This document shows positions 19,499 through 29,975 of a stretch of 64,000 nucleotides of DNA, piece by piece; the first letter of the stretch is position 1; the number at the start of each line of letters is the position of its first letter. The notes beneath the pieces are model-generated. The model made no database searches. It worked only from the letters and a program-made list of their open reading frames with translations, and was not told the DNA's origin. Position numbers and translations under genes: made by a program. Source of the stretch: an uncultured Collinsella sp. (GTDB taxonomy: Bacteria; Actinomycetota; Coriobacteriia; Coriobacteriales; Coriobacteriaceae); NCBI GenBank assembly GCA_958353395.1, contig CATWSG010000005.1, forward strand, positions 6,985 to 70,984. Direction: 5' to 3'.

Positions 19499-20803
19499 CT
19501 AATGGCGGGCGCGCATCTTCACCAAACGCACCATGGCAAGCGCAAAGCCCACGGCGGCCACAGCCATGAGTACGTAGAACACCGAGCGAAAGCCGAATAG
19601 GAATACGTCCGGACGACCTGTAACAAAACTGGTCACGGCCTCGCCCATTGCCACGCTCATCTGCCCATACAGGATATGCGACGCCGCCGTAATGCCGAGC
19701 GCCATGCCGGTGTAGCGTGCCAAACTACCCAGGCTGCCCGCAAAGCCGAGCGCTTCGCGCGGAGTCGAGCCCATATACAGCGAGTTGTTGGGGCTCTGGA
19801 AAATCGACGTACCGCACGACATAAACGCGGCACAGCACACAATCACAGGGATGGAAGAGTGCTCGTCGAGCGTACTTACCGCAAAGAGCCCGCACACGTA
19901 CACGCCCAGGCCGACCGCCGTGGGACCCTCGCAGCCAACACGGTCCGAAACCGCACCCGAAAGCGGGCCGATAAAGGCATTCACCATCGGCAGCGCCAAA
20001 AACAGCAATCCGGAAATGTCGGAACCAAAGCCGTGGGCGTCCTGAAAATAGAACGGCAGGATAAACTCGGATGCGCCAATACCAACGAACACGATGAGCA
20101 TGCAGGCAAGGTTGATGGTAAAGGCCGAATTTGCAAAGCAGCGACGAGCGGCCTCGGCAAGGGACATGGGACGGTCGCCGGCCTCCGGCTTAACATGCGG
20201 CAACGTGTAGAGCCCCACGATAAACGAGATGACGCCAATGGGCAGGTTGATGAGGAAGATGCTCTCCCAGGGAAAGCTTGCCACCAGCATGCCACCGAGC
20301 ACGGGGCCACACATCATGCCGAGGGCCACGAAGGTCGCGAGAATACCCATGGCACGGCCACGTTCGCGCGCCGGAAACGACTCGGTGATGATACCCATGT
20401 TGTTAGCCATGGCCGCCGCGCAACCGATGCCCTGAACAATGCGTGCCAGGATAAGAACCTCGAGCGAGGCCGAAAGGCCGCACAGCAGCGAACCGACCGA
20501 AAAGACGATGACGCCCAGCTGGAACACATTCACCTTGCCGCGCACGTCGCCCAGACGGCCAAACGGCAACATAGCCACGCATGTCGCAAGCAGATACACC
20601 GAGCTTACCAGCTGAATGCGATCGAGGCCCACGCCCAGCTCCTTTTGCATCACGGGCAGCGCCACGGTAACGACGGTCGAATCCAGACACACCATAAACG
20701 TCATGATGAGCACGGTAAACAGAATCGCCCATTTGTTCTTGCCATGGGTGTCACCCTCTAGAGCAATGTGCTCGCGGCGCAACTGCTCTGCAGTTTTCTC
20801 CAT
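19499..20803 (-). CDS. MFS efflux transporter (DHA2/EmrB-like)
   Basis: LDSTVVTVALP, GRLGDVRG, ARIVQGIG, ERGRAMG, INLPIG. Confidence 0.88.
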   Translation of the reverse strand: MEKTAEQLRREHIALEGDTHGKNKWAILFTVLIMTFMVCLDSTVVTVALPVMQKELGVGLDRIQLVSSVYLLATCVAMLPFGRLGDVRGKVNVFQLGVIVFSVGSLLCGLSASLEVLILARIVQGIGCAAAMANNMGIITESFPARERGRAMGILATFVALGMMCGPVLGGMLVASFPWESIFLINLPIGVISFIVGLYTLPHVKPEAGDRPMSLAEAARRCFANSAFTINLACMLIVFVGIGASEFILPFYFQDAHGFGSDISGLLFLALPMVNAFIGPLSGAVSDRVGCEGPTAVGLGVYVCGLFAVSTLDEHSSIPVIVCCAAFMSCGTSIFQSPNNSLYMGSTPREALGFAGSLGSLARYTGMALGITAASHILYGQMSVAMGEAVTSFVTGRPDVFLFGFRSVFYVLMAVAAVGFALAMVRLVKMRARH

Positions 20804-20946
20804 ATCCATCCTTTCGAGTGGCCTAACGCAAAAAAACGGGGCCCCGATCGCCTGCAAACAGCCGCGATTGGGGTCCCGCCTACGGAATCGGAACGAAAGG
20901 TCGCCGAAGCTTTCTGCCAGCATCGGCGCCTTATGCGAACGCTAGC

Positions 20947-22230
20947 CTAGCACTGCTCGAGTGCCTGCTCAAGGTCGGCAATCAAGTCGGCCGTGTCCTC
21001 GAGGCCACACGACAGGCGTACCATGTCGGCGGAGATGCCACAGGCGATGAGCTCCTCATCGTTCATCTGGCGATGCGTGGCATTAGCGGGATGCAGGCAG
21101 CAAGTGCGGGCGTCGGCCACGTGCGTGGCGATCTGGGCGAGCTTGAGGCTCTTCATAAAGGTCTCGGCCGCCGCACGGCCACCGTTAAAGCCAAAGCTCA
21201 CAACGCCGCAGGTACCGTTGGGCATGTACTTCTGAGCGAGATCATAGTACTTGTCGCCCTCCAGGCCCGGATAGCTCACGAAGCGTACCTTGGGATGACT
21301 CTGCAGGAACTTGGCAACGGCCAGGCCGTTCTCACAATGACGCGGCATGCGCACATGCAGGCTCTCGAGCGAGCTGTTCAAGAAAAACGCCGCATGCGGG
21401 TTCTGCATGGGACCAAGATCGCGCATAAGCTGAGCGGTTGCCTTGGTAATGAAGGCACCCTCGCGACCGAACTTCTCGGCATAGGTCACGCCGTGGTAGC
21501 TCTCATCGGGCGTGGTAAGACCCGGGAACTTGTCCGCATGGGCCATCCAGTCAAACTGGCCGTGGTCGACGATCACGCCGCCCAGGTAGGCAGCATGTCC
21601 ATCCATGTACTTGGTGGTGGAGTGCGTAACGATGTCGGCGCCCCACTCAAAGGGACGGCACATCACGGGCGTCGGGAAGGTGTTGTCGACCATCAACGGT
21701 ACGCCGTGGTCATGTGCGGCCTTGGCAAAGCGCTCAATATCGAGCACGGCAAGGGCGGGGTTGGCAATCGTCTCGCCAAAGACAAGCTTGGTATTGGGCT
21801 CAAAGGCTGCCTCGAGCTCCTCATCGGTGCAGTCGGGGGCAACGAACGTGCAGGTCAAGCCCATGCGCTCCATGGTATGAGCAAGTAGGTTGTAGGTACC
21901 GCCGTAAATGGCAGAGCTTGCGACCACGTGATCGCCGGCACCGGCAACGTTAAAGATCGCGAGGAAGTTCGCGGCCATGCCCGAGCTCGTGAGCATCGCA
22001 GCGGTGCCGCCCTCCATCTCACAGATCTTGGCGGCAACCAGATCACACGTGGGGTTCTGCAGACGGCTGTAGAAGTAGCCCGACTCCTCCAGGTCAAACA
22101 GCTTGCCCATGTGCTCGGACGTATCGTACTTCCACGTGGTGGACTGGTAAATGGGTACCTGGCGCGGCTCGGCATCTCCCGGGTGATAGCCGCCCTGAAC
22201 ACATGTAGTACCGATGGTCTGCTCGCTCAT
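20947..22230 (-). CDS. metY: O-acetylhomoserine aminocarboxypropyltransferase (sulfhydrylase)
   Basis: PIYQSTT, YSRLQNPT, DNTF, HSTTKYMDGH PLP lysine, HVADART, HPA, RLSCGLE. Confidence 0.9.
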   Translation of the reverse strand: MSEQTIGTTCVQGGYHPGDAEPRQVPIYQSTTWKYDTSEHMGKLFDLEESGYFYSRLQNPTCDLVAAKICEMEGGTAAMLTSSGMAANFLAIFNVAGAGDHVVASSAIYGGTYNLLAHTMERMGLTCTFVAPDCTDEELEAAFEPNTKLVFGETIANPALAVLDIERFAKAAHDHGVPLMVDNTFPTPVMCRPFEWGADIVTHSTTKYMDGHAAYLGGVIVDHGQFDWMAHADKFPGLTTPDESYHGVTYAEKFGREGAFITKATAQLMRDLGPMQNPHAAFFLNSSLESLHVRMPRHCENGLAVAKFLQSHPKVRFVSYPGLEGDKYYDLAQKYMPNGTCGVVSFGFNGGRAAAETFMKSLKLAQIATHVADARTCCLHPANATHRQMNDEELIACGISADMVRLSCGLEDTADLIADLEQALEQC

Positions 22231-22459
22231 ATCTAGCTCCCTTGCCTGGGTTTTGTTTTTATTCGATTCACGATACCGCTACCCCGCACCCCTCTCAACC
22301 CATCCCGCCGATAGGTTATGGGACAAATGAATCAGAGGCACTCGTCTCAGCCATAGGCATTTGTTCGATAGATAAAATGAAGCATACATGAGGCTCTCGA
22401 TGATTACATGCACCGTCACGGGTACCATAGGCGGGTACACCGTAACCAAGGAGACAACG

Positions 22460-22906
22460 ATGAAGCAAATCGATATCGCCCAGCTCGACATCACCGCCTG
22501 TCAGGCTCAGGCTGCCGAATACCACGCCCGTGGCTTTAACTGCGCCCAGGCCGTCGCCTGCACGCTCGCGCCCGCCGTCGGGCTCGACCCCCAGGTCGCC
22601 TTTACCCTCACCGAGGGCTTTGGCGCCGGCATGGGCGGCATGACCGAAACCTGCGGCGCCATCTCGGGCGCCGTGGCCATCATGGGCTTCGTGATGAGCG
22701 ACGGCATGGAAAACCCCAAGACCAAGGGTCAGACCTACAAACTGTCGCGCGAAATCGCCAAGCGTTTTGGCGAGAAGAACACGACGACCGTCTGCGGCAC
22801 GCTCAAGGGCATTGAATCGGATAAGGGTCCGCTCCGCAGCTGCCCCGGCTGCATCGACGATGCCGTCGAGATCGCCTGCGATATGCTAAAGCAGCTTGCC
22901 GAGTAA
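22460..22906 (+). CDS. C-GCAxxG-C-C family putative redox protein
   Basis: NCAQAV, GFGAGMG, TCGAISG, VC, CPGC; AAGGAG SD. Confidence 0.85.
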   Translation: MKQIDIAQLDITACQAQAAEYHARGFNCAQAVACTLAPAVGLDPQVAFTLTEGFGAGMGGMTETCGAISGAVAIMGFVMSDGMENPKTKGQTYKLSREIAKRFGEKNTTTVCGTLKGIESDKGPLRSCPGCIDDAVEIACDMLKQLAE

Positions 22907-22973
22907 ACGGCAGCAACAGAAAACGACGGCCGGCGCGCTTGGGATCCATCCAAAAGCACGCCGGCCGTCGCCG

Positions 22974-23612
22974 TTAGAACTCGGCAAATTCGGGAGCGCC
23001 GACCTCAATCTCCTCGCGCCCCGCCATAAGCTCGCGCATCTTGGCGCAAAACGACTCCTGCTCCCCTGCCTTAAACACCAAGTGAAGTGTCACGGTATCC
23101 GCGTAATCGGTATCCGAAACCTTGGCACCCGAATCCTGGGCCAAGCGAAGCACCTGCTCATACTGCGGATAGGCCACATGCACGACAACCGGCACGACAC
23201 TCGTCATCTCGACGATCTGCCCGGACTCCTGAGCCGAGGCCACCGCCGCCTGCGTCGCCGCGGTATAGGCGCGCACCAAGCCACCAGGACCCAACAGCGT
23301 GCCGCCAAAATAGCGCGTCACCACGCAGCAAACATTTTTGAGCCCCGCGCCGCGCAGCACCTCGAGCGTCGGCATACCGCTCGTGCGGCTCGGCTCACCG
23401 TCATCGCTCTGGCGCTCGCGTCCATCGACCAAAATCCACGCGGGCACATTATGTCGAGCGTCGTAATGACGTTTGCGAACCATCTCGATAAAGGCATTCG
23501 CCTCATCCTCGGACTCAATATGGACCAGCTGGGCAATAAACCGGCTCTTGCGGTCCACAAACTCGCCCGAAGCCTCAATATTCGATTGCAGAGTAAAATA
23601 GCTGTCCAACAA
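22974..23612 (-). CDS. IMPACT/YigZ family protein
   Basis: KSRFIA, ARHNVPA, SDDGEP, VVTRYFGGTLLGPGGLVRAY. Confidence 0.92.
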   Translation of the reverse strand: MLDSYFTLQSNIEASGEFVDRKSRFIAQLVHIESEDEANAFIEMVRKRHYDARHNVPAWILVDGRERQSDDGEPSRTSGMPTLEVLRGAGLKNVCCVVTRYFGGTLLGPGGLVRAYTAATQAAVASAQESGQIVEMTSVVPVVVHVAYPQYEQVLRLAQDSGAKVSDTDYADTVTLHLVFKAGEQESFCAKMRELMAGREEIEVGAPEFAEF

Positions 23613-23724
23613 AGCCCCTCAACAACAAGCAAAGCAACAAACAGCCTCAATAATACGGCAAAGGCCGTACCGTTGCCCTCGCCAACAAGAACGGAAACAC
23701 CAATGATGCCGTCACCAACAGCGA

Positions 23725-23824
23725 GAACCCGTCAGCGCGAGCAATCTGCCTTTCAAGCCTTCGGGCATGACCATAAGGTCAATGCCCTCATCTTTCAAGG
23801 CACCTTGCTCGCGCTGACGGGTTC
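23725..23824. repeat. Long palindrome, family A (core on minus strand)
   Basis: GAACCCGTCAGCGCGAGCAA...TTGCTCGCGCTGACGGGTTC arms; reverse complement contains GTGCCTTGAAAGATGAGGGCAT...ATGCCCGAAGGCTTGAAAGGCAGATTGC, matching the 26.8-kb copy. Confidence 0.8.
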
Positions 23825-23840
23825 GCAGCGTCAACAAAGT

Positions 23841-24202
23841 GCCGAGTGGGCTTGTAAGCCGGGTTCTGTCGTGAACGGTCATTTATCTTGTCTGCACGTT
23901 ACCGTGCAGCTCCACGCACGCTACCCGAACGCGGACCGGGCCGGCCCATAGCGTTCCTATTCGCGCTTGCTCCGGATGGGGCTTGCCAAGCCGCCGTGTT
24001 GCCACGACGCTGGTGGTCTCTTACACCACCGTTTCAGCTTTTCCCTTTACGCCTTGCGGCGTAGGTGGGAGTCTTCTTTTCTGCGGCGCTTTCCGTCGGA
24101 TCACTCCGCCCGGCCGTTAGCCGGCATCCCGCCCTCTGGAGCCCGGACTTTCCTCACGCGTGCCGCAAGCAGCACATCGCGCGACCGTTTGGCCCACTCA
24201 GC
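23841..24202 (-). ncRNA. rnpB: RNase P RNA (bacterial type A)
   Basis: Minus strand has GAGGAAAGTCCGGGCTCC near the 5' end and ACAGAACCCGGCTTACAAGCCCACTCGGC at the 3' end; P1 GCTGAGTGGGC/GCCCACTCGGC. Confidence 0.95.
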
Positions 24203-24542
24203 AGTGCAAGAGTGTAGCACACCGTTGCCGCAGGCAATGGCACAACACAAGCGTTCGACACGATAAACCAAGAACCACGCTATGCAGTACAATAGTGTCG
24301 TCGATGGGCAACGTCGTCAGTCGAGACGCGACCGCGCTCCGCACCCCTCCGTCTACTCGATGCGTTCCCGCCTCCTCCCCGAGGCGGGATGTCGGCATTT
24401 TTCTTGCACCAACAACCCAATAGCCCGTGAACAGCCTAGGCGGCATTGCGCACGGACAGCATCGTGCACCTCGGCAGCAAATGAAAAAAGGGACCCATCC
24501 ATTGCGGACGGATCCCTTAAAACAAGTGATCGTCAAACCGAT

Positions 24543-25709
24543 TTACTCGGCGTCGGTCTCCTCGTCCTTCTTCTCGGAAGGCAGCGGGGTGACCTCAATC
24601 TCGACGCCCAGAGTCTCAGCAGCGGACTTCATGGACAGGGAGATACGACGACGGTCGAGGTCGATCTCCATGACCTTGACCTGAACCTTGTCGCCCACGT
24701 GGGTGACCTGAGAAGGCTGATCGACGTGCTTGTTGGCCATCTCGGAGATGTGCACCAGGCCCTCGATGCCCTCGCCCAGGTCGACGAAAGCGCCGAACGG
24801 GACAAGCTTGGTCACAGTGCCCTCGACGATAGCGCCGACGGGGTACTTCTTGACCAGCGCGCGCCACGGATCCTCGGTGGTCTGCTTGAGACCCAGGGAG
24901 ATGCGCTCGCGGTTGAGATCGACGTCGAGAACCTCGACCTCGACCTCCTGGCCGACCTTGACAACCTCGGAAGGATGGTTGACGTGGTTCCAGGAGAGCT
25001 CGGAGATGTGGATGAGGCCGTCGATACCGCCGAGGTCGACGAAGGCGCCGAAGTCGACGATGGAGGAAACGGTACCCTGGAGACGCATGCCAGACTTGAG
25101 CTTGGACAGGATCTCGGAGCGCTCGGCCTTACGGGACTCCTCGAGCACGACGCGACGGGAGAGGACGACGTTGTTGCGGTTGCGGTCCATCTCGATGACG
25201 CGGGCCTCGATGCGGGTGCCCATGTAGGAGGTGAGGTCCTTGACGCGACGGAGGTCGACGAGGGAAGCGGGCAGGAAGCCACGCAGGCCGATGTCGAGGA
25301 TCAGGCCGCCCTTGACAACCTCGATAACCTCGCCCTCAACGTTCTCGCCGGAGTTGAACTTCTCCTCGATGCGGTTCCAAGCACGCTCGTACTCGGCACG
25401 CTTCTTGGACAGGACCAGACGACCGTCCTTGTCCTCCTTCTGGAGAACCAGAGCCTCGATGGGATCACCGAGTGCAACGATGTCTGCAGGGTTAGCGTCC
25501 TTGCGGATGGACAGCTCGCGGACCGGGATAACGCCCTCGGACTTGAATCCGATGTCAACGAGCACCTCGTCATGCTCGATCTTAACGACAGTGCCGTTAA
25601 CGAGATCGCCCTCATCAAAGTCGGTAATCGTACCGTCGATGAGGTTGTTCATCTCCTCCTCGTTGACATCGTCAAGAGAGAAAATGGACGAGTTCTGAAT
25701 CTCACTCAA
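24543..25709 (-). CDS. rpsA: 30S ribosomal protein S1
   Basis: Four S1 repeats (DIGFKSEGVIP, RGFLPASLV, FGAFVDLGG, GLVHISE). Confidence 0.96.
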   Translation of the reverse strand: MSEIQNSSIFSLDDVNEEEMNNLIDGTITDFDEGDLVNGTVVKIEHDEVLVDIGFKSEGVIPVRELSIRKDANPADIVALGDPIEALVLQKEDKDGRLVLSKKRAEYERAWNRIEEKFNSGENVEGEVIEVVKGGLILDIGLRGFLPASLVDLRRVKDLTSYMGTRIEARVIEMDRNRNNVVLSRRVVLEESRKAERSEILSKLKSGMRLQGTVSSIVDFGAFVDLGGIDGLIHISELSWNHVNHPSEVVKVGQEVEVEVLDVDLNRERISLGLKQTTEDPWRALVKKYPVGAIVEGTVTKLVPFGAFVDLGEGIEGLVHISEMANKHVDQPSQVTHVGDKVQVKVMEIDLDRRRISLSMKSAAETLGVEIEVTPLPSEKKDEETDAE

Positions 25710-26025
25710 AGGTGGACCCCTTTCGAACTACGGGGCCCCGATTGCTAGGACCTACAGAAGGGTGCGATAAGCACACAACGTTTAGGAACACTCGGGAGCC
25801 GACAGATACTAATGTGACGCTTATGCAATCACGTTCGTATAGGTTACGGGGAAATGGGTTCGATTTCAAGCGTGAACTGCGTTTTTTTACTCGTGTGGAG
25901 ACTTTTTCGTAATCTTATGGACAGCCGTCTCCACAACTTGACGATAAGCAGTTTGCCCATACGCCTTTGAGGTAAAGTATCCGGAGCCAACAATTCTGGA
26001 ACGATTTATCGAGAAAGGTGCCCGC

Positions 26026-26784
26026 GTGCTCAAAGCAGTCGTTTTCGATATGGACGAAACGCTTCTTAGCATCAACCTCAACGCGTTCATCCTTCGCTAT
26101 TTTAAGGATGTCTCGTCGATGCTCGCGGATATCGGTCGCCGCAGCCACGGTGGCACGATGGCACGCCTCGGCACCATCTTGGTCGACCTCAACGCCAATC
26201 GCCGAAGCGGCACGGATAATCGCACCAATCTTGAGTTCTACCAAGAAGAGGTTGAGCGCCGGTGCGGCATTTGCCTCTCGGACCCACTCATCTACGAGGC
26301 GTTTACCTACTACGATCGCGAAGTTCTTCCGTACAAGAACGACGATGTCATCAACGCCCACGCCATGCCGGGCGCACACGCCGCGCTTCAGGCCGTACAG
26401 GACGCAGGACTGCGCTGCGCGCTCTTCACCAACCCCAGCTTTCCGCAGGGGGCCATCGAGTGCCGCATGGGTTGGGGCGACCTGGCCGACGCTCCCTTTG
26501 AGCTCGTCACGCACATGGGAAACGCCACCCGCTGCAAGCCCGATGCCACCTACTATCTAGAGCAGCTTCAGGTGATGGGGCTCGAGCCGCACGAGGTCCT
26601 TATGGTGGGCAACGATCCCAAGCGCGACTTCCCGTCCCCCGATTGCGGCATCCAAACCGCCTTTGTGGGCCAGGGCAAGCCCAGCCGAGCCACTTGGCGC
26701 GGAACCATGGAAGACTTCGCCCGCGACTTTAACGCCGTAGTAGAAGCCTTCTACGAACACCAAGTAGCCGACGAACTGTCATAG
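26026..26784 (+). CDS. HAD family hydrolase
   Basis: VVFDMDETL, FTNP, CKP, MVGND motifs. Confidence 0.85.
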   Translation: MLKAVVFDMDETLLSINLNAFILRYFKDVSSMLADIGRRSHGGTMARLGTILVDLNANRRSGTDNRTNLEFYQEEVERRCGICLSDPLIYEAFTYYDREVLPYKNDDVINAHAMPGAHAALQAVQDAGLRCALFTNPSFPQGAIECRMGWGDLADAPFELVTHMGNATRCKPDATYYLEQLQVMGLEPHEVLMVGNDPKRDFPSPDCGIQTAFVGQGKPSRATWRGTMEDFARDFNAVVEAFYEHQVADELS

Positions 26785-26829
26785 GACCCCTCGCTCCAAA
26801 CAAAATGGCGCCGCAGGTTGAGCACAAGT

Positions 26830-26945
26830 CAGCGAAAATGCCCCTAAGCGAGCAATGTGCCTTGAAAGAGGAGGGCATAGGCCTTCTGGCCATGCCCGAC
26901 GATTGAAAGGCAGATTGCCGCTTAGGGGCGTTTGCAGCGTCGACT
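26830..26945. repeat. Long palindrome, family A (core on plus strand)
   Basis: ATGCCCCTAAGCG/CGCTTAGGGGCGT, GCAATGTGCCTT/AAGGCAGATTGC and GGGCAT/ATGCCC nested stems between convergent genes. Confidence 0.8.
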
Positions 26946-26973
26946 GGTTACGCGGTTTGGTAAAACCGCGTAA

Positions 26974-28293
26974 CTAGCACACCTGCGTTTTGCCGATCAT
27001 GATGTTGAGGATCTCGACGTCGGTATCTTTCATGCCCACGCGGCCTACGTAGCCCATGCTGGCAATCGTCTGCTCGACGGTATCCTGGATCAGGCCCTCG
27101 CCGGCACGGAAGCCGCGGCCCTGCATGGCCATATCGTGACCCAGAATCGCAGCGTCAACGGCTGCCGAAATCTTAGCCGCGCAACTCGCCTTGGCGCCAT
27201 CGCATACAATGCCGCCCACGTTGCCGAGCGTGTTGGAGACCGTCGCGCCAATCTGCTCGCGCGTGCCGCCGCACAGCCAGGTAATCGCGGCTCCGGCACC
27301 GCACGCGGCGCAAATAGCACCGCAAAACGCCGAGAGCGCACCAATATAGCTCTTGATATGCACGGCGATCAGATCGGACAGCATCACGGCGCGCACCAGA
27401 CGCTCGTGGTCGCAGCGCAGGTACTCGGCATACTCCATAACAGGCAGCGCGCAAGTAATGCCCTGATTGCCCGAGCCGCACACAATGGCGACCGGCAGCG
27501 CGCAGCCGTTCATGCGGGCATCGGACCCGGCGGCTGCACGGGCACGGGCACGGCAGGCGACGTCATCGGCACGTGCGCCCAGCAGCGTGCGGCCCACCTC
27601 GGCACCCCAAGCGTGCGCCAGACCCTCGGCGCTAATCGCACCGTTCAGTTCGATCTGACGCTCAACGGCAGCGCGGGCGTCCTCAATGTCACCGTCCTCG
27701 ATAAAGTCAATGATGGACTCAATGCTCATAGGGGTATCGGCGCTGTCTGCCGCACGCTCGGCCACGACGCGCTCGGCGCAGGCGGCACACTCCCCCGCCG
27801 ACTTGCCGCATACCGGAATACCGTCGAGCGTATGGCAAGTAACATTAGTGTGGTGGTCGGTAATCTCGACGACCGCGGTATGGCCCCCGGCCGTGGCAGT
27901 CACCTTGATGTAGAGGTTGGGCACACCCTCGACAAGCGACACATCGCAGTAGCCGGCGTCAGCGAGGAGCTCGGCCACGCGCGCACGGTCTTTATCGTCA
28001 ACGCTCTCGAGCACCTCGAGCGCGCTCTTGGCGTCGCCGCCCACGGCACCCAGCACGGCCGCCGCCTCAATACCATGCATGCCGCCCGAGTTGGGCACGG
28101 TCACGCTCTTGACGTTCTTGATGATATTGCCCGAACAGGCAACGTCCATATGCTCGGGCTCGCAGCCAAGCGTCTGGCTCGCCAGCGCCGCTGCATAGGC
28201 AACGGCAATGGGCTCGGTGCAGCCGAGCGCGCAGACAAGCTCGCGGTTCAAGACATCGCAAAAAGCGGCATCGCGAATGGAATCGGTAGGCAT
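26974..28293 (-). CDS. UPF0597/YhaM family serine-dehydratase-like Fe-S protein (putative L-cysteine desulfidase)
   Basis: ALGCTEPIAVA, NIIKNVKSVTVPN, AAAGSDARMNG, GSGNQG, LSAFCG, CDGAKASCAAK. Confidence 0.85.
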   Translation of the reverse strand: MPTDSIRDAAFCDVLNRELVCALGCTEPIAVAYAAALASQTLGCEPEHMDVACSGNIIKNVKSVTVPNSGGMHGIEAAAVLGAVGGDAKSALEVLESVDDKDRARVAELLADAGYCDVSLVEGVPNLYIKVTATAGGHTAVVEITDHHTNVTCHTLDGIPVCGKSAGECAACAERVVAERAADSADTPMSIESIIDFIEDGDIEDARAAVERQIELNGAISAEGLAHAWGAEVGRTLLGARADDVACRARARAAAGSDARMNGCALPVAIVCGSGNQGITCALPVMEYAEYLRCDHERLVRAVMLSDLIAVHIKSYIGALSAFCGAICAACGAGAAITWLCGGTREQIGATVSNTLGNVGGIVCDGAKASCAAKISAAVDAAILGHDMAMQGRGFRAGEGLIQDTVEQTIASMGYVGRVGMKDTDVEILNIMIGKTQVC

Positions 28294-28565
28294 AGGTATC
28301 TCCTGCTTACATAACGGACTGGGCTCTCAATAATAGTTAACTCTATTTATTTGATAACAATGCATCAAAAACCGCAACCCAAGTTCCGGCGGACAGCGTT
28401 CAAGCGCAAACTGACGGCATTAATTCATGAGAAGTAAGTCTTGTTGCATGCTAAAGCGTTTGACCAAAAAACGCCCGAGCGTTTACACAAAAGTCGCGCT
28501 ATCATGCAGTCGAACGCGGTAAAACCTTTAGCAATTCCGCCGCACGGACCAGAGAGGAACCACTC

Positions 28566-29033
28566 ATGAAGATTGGTATCGGCAACGACCATGCCGCCGT
28601 CGAGCTCAAGAACATCATCTCCGAGCACCTGAAGGAGCGCGGCTGCGAGGTCGTGAACTATGGCACCGACACCTCCGAGAGCTTCGATTACCCCATCGCC
28701 GGCTACAAGGTGGGTAAGGCCGTTGCCAACGGCGACGTCGACCTGGGCATCCTGATCTGCGGCACCGGCGTCGGGATTAGCCTGGCTGCCAACAAGGTCG
28801 AGGGCGTACGCGCCGTCGTGTGCTCCGAGCCCTTCAGCGCCAAGCTCTCCCGCATGCACAACAATACCAACGTGCTCGCCTTTGGTGCCCGTGTCGTGGG
28901 CTCCGAGCTCGCCAAGATGATCGTCGACGAGTGGCTCGACGCCGAGTTTGAGGGTGGTCGCCACGAGCGTCGCGTTAACCTCCTTAACGAGATCGACCAC
29001 ACGCGCGGCCTCAAGGTCGTCGACGAGGCCTAA
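28566..29033 (+). CDS. rpiB: Ribose-5-phosphate isomerase B
   Basis: GNDHAA, DYP, ICGTGVGISLAANKVEGVRA, HNNTNVL, FEGGRH. Confidence 0.93.
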   Translation: MKIGIGNDHAAVELKNIISEHLKERGCEVVNYGTDTSESFDYPIAGYKVGKAVANGDVDLGILICGTGVGISLAANKVEGVRAVVCSEPFSAKLSRMHNNTNVLAFGARVVGSELAKMIVDEWLDAEFEGGRHERRVNLLNEIDHTRGLKVVDEA

Positions 29034-29060
29034 ACTACTCAGTGCCACAAGCTAACAGCA

Positions 29061-29148
29061 GGGGCCCGCTCGGAACTCATGTCCGAGCGGGTCCCTTCAT
29101 AGATTTTGGAATACAAAGGGCGCCACGGATGAAATTCCGCGGCGCCCA
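29061..29148. terminator. Two GC hairpins between convergent rpiB and ndk
   Basis: GGGCCCGCTCGGA...TCCGAGCGGGTCCC and GGGCGCC...GGCGCCC. Confidence 0.55.
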
Positions 29149-29185
29149 AGCCACACGCTAACAGCTTTAAGGAGTCAAAGCTGGT

Positions 29186-29590
29186 TTAGCCAAAGAAGCG
29201 CTTGATCTCGATCTCGGCGTTCTCCAGGCAGTCGGAGCCGTGGATCACGTTGGCGTTGACATCGACAGCGAAGTCGCCGCGAATGGTGCCGGGGGCAGCA
29301 TCAAGCGGGTTGGTAGCGCCCATAAGGGTGCGCATCTTAGCAACAGCGGAGAGACCGGAAACGACCATCTTGACGACCGGACCGCTCGTCATAAAGTCGC
29401 AGAGACCGCCAAAGAAGGGCTTGTCGGCCAGATGGGCGTAGTGCTCCTCGACGGTAGCGCGCTCGAGCGTGGTCATCTCCATGCGCTCGATGACAAGGCC
29501 GCTGCGCTCAATGCGAGCAACAATCTCGCCGATCTCGCGATCGCGCACGGCGTCGGGCTTAATCATGATGAAGGTCTTCTCGATAGCCAT
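29186..29590 (-). CDS. ndk: Nucleoside diphosphate kinase
   Basis: TFIMIKPDA, HYAH, KPFF, GATNP, PGTIRGDF, NVIHGSD. Confidence 0.96.
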   Translation of the reverse strand: MAIEKTFIMIKPDAVRDREIGEIVARIERSGLVIERMEMTTLERATVEEHYAHLADKPFFGGLCDFMTSGPVVKMVVSGLSAVAKMRTLMGATNPLDAAPGTIRGDFAVDVNANVIHGSDCLENAEIEIKRFFG

Positions 29591-29975
29591 AAGGTAGCCT
29601 TTCAAGTAGGTTCGCGCGTGCCCAAGTCCCATTCCGGCACCCGCCTGGACTGCATCGTAACAGAGTTTTAGCTGCAGTTAAACAAAAAGCTGTTTATTGA
29701 AACGCTGCAATTTATTAAAGCGCTCCATATGTGTCACTTCTGTTTCGAAGCCCGATTAGAGTACCATCCGACCGCCCATCAACCGCATCGAACCGAGCGG
29801 ACGGTCGGTTGCCGCCCGTGAACGCGCCCCCTTCACAACCTGCCCAAAGGTCCTACAGAAGTTCTCGACAAGCCCCTCCCCCATAGCAACAAAATACGGG
29901 CGCCCGCAACAGCAGACGCCCGTAAAAGCAAAAACGATTTTTCAATAAATGGCCAAAGCCGCTTCAGCCAAACCC

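Noticed and set aside
22231..22400. Possible SAM riboswitch or Met leader peptide (MPMAETSASDSFVP) upstream of metY
   Set aside because: No SAM-I, III or IV consensus recognisable and no SD before the short ORF; an Infernal scan would be needed
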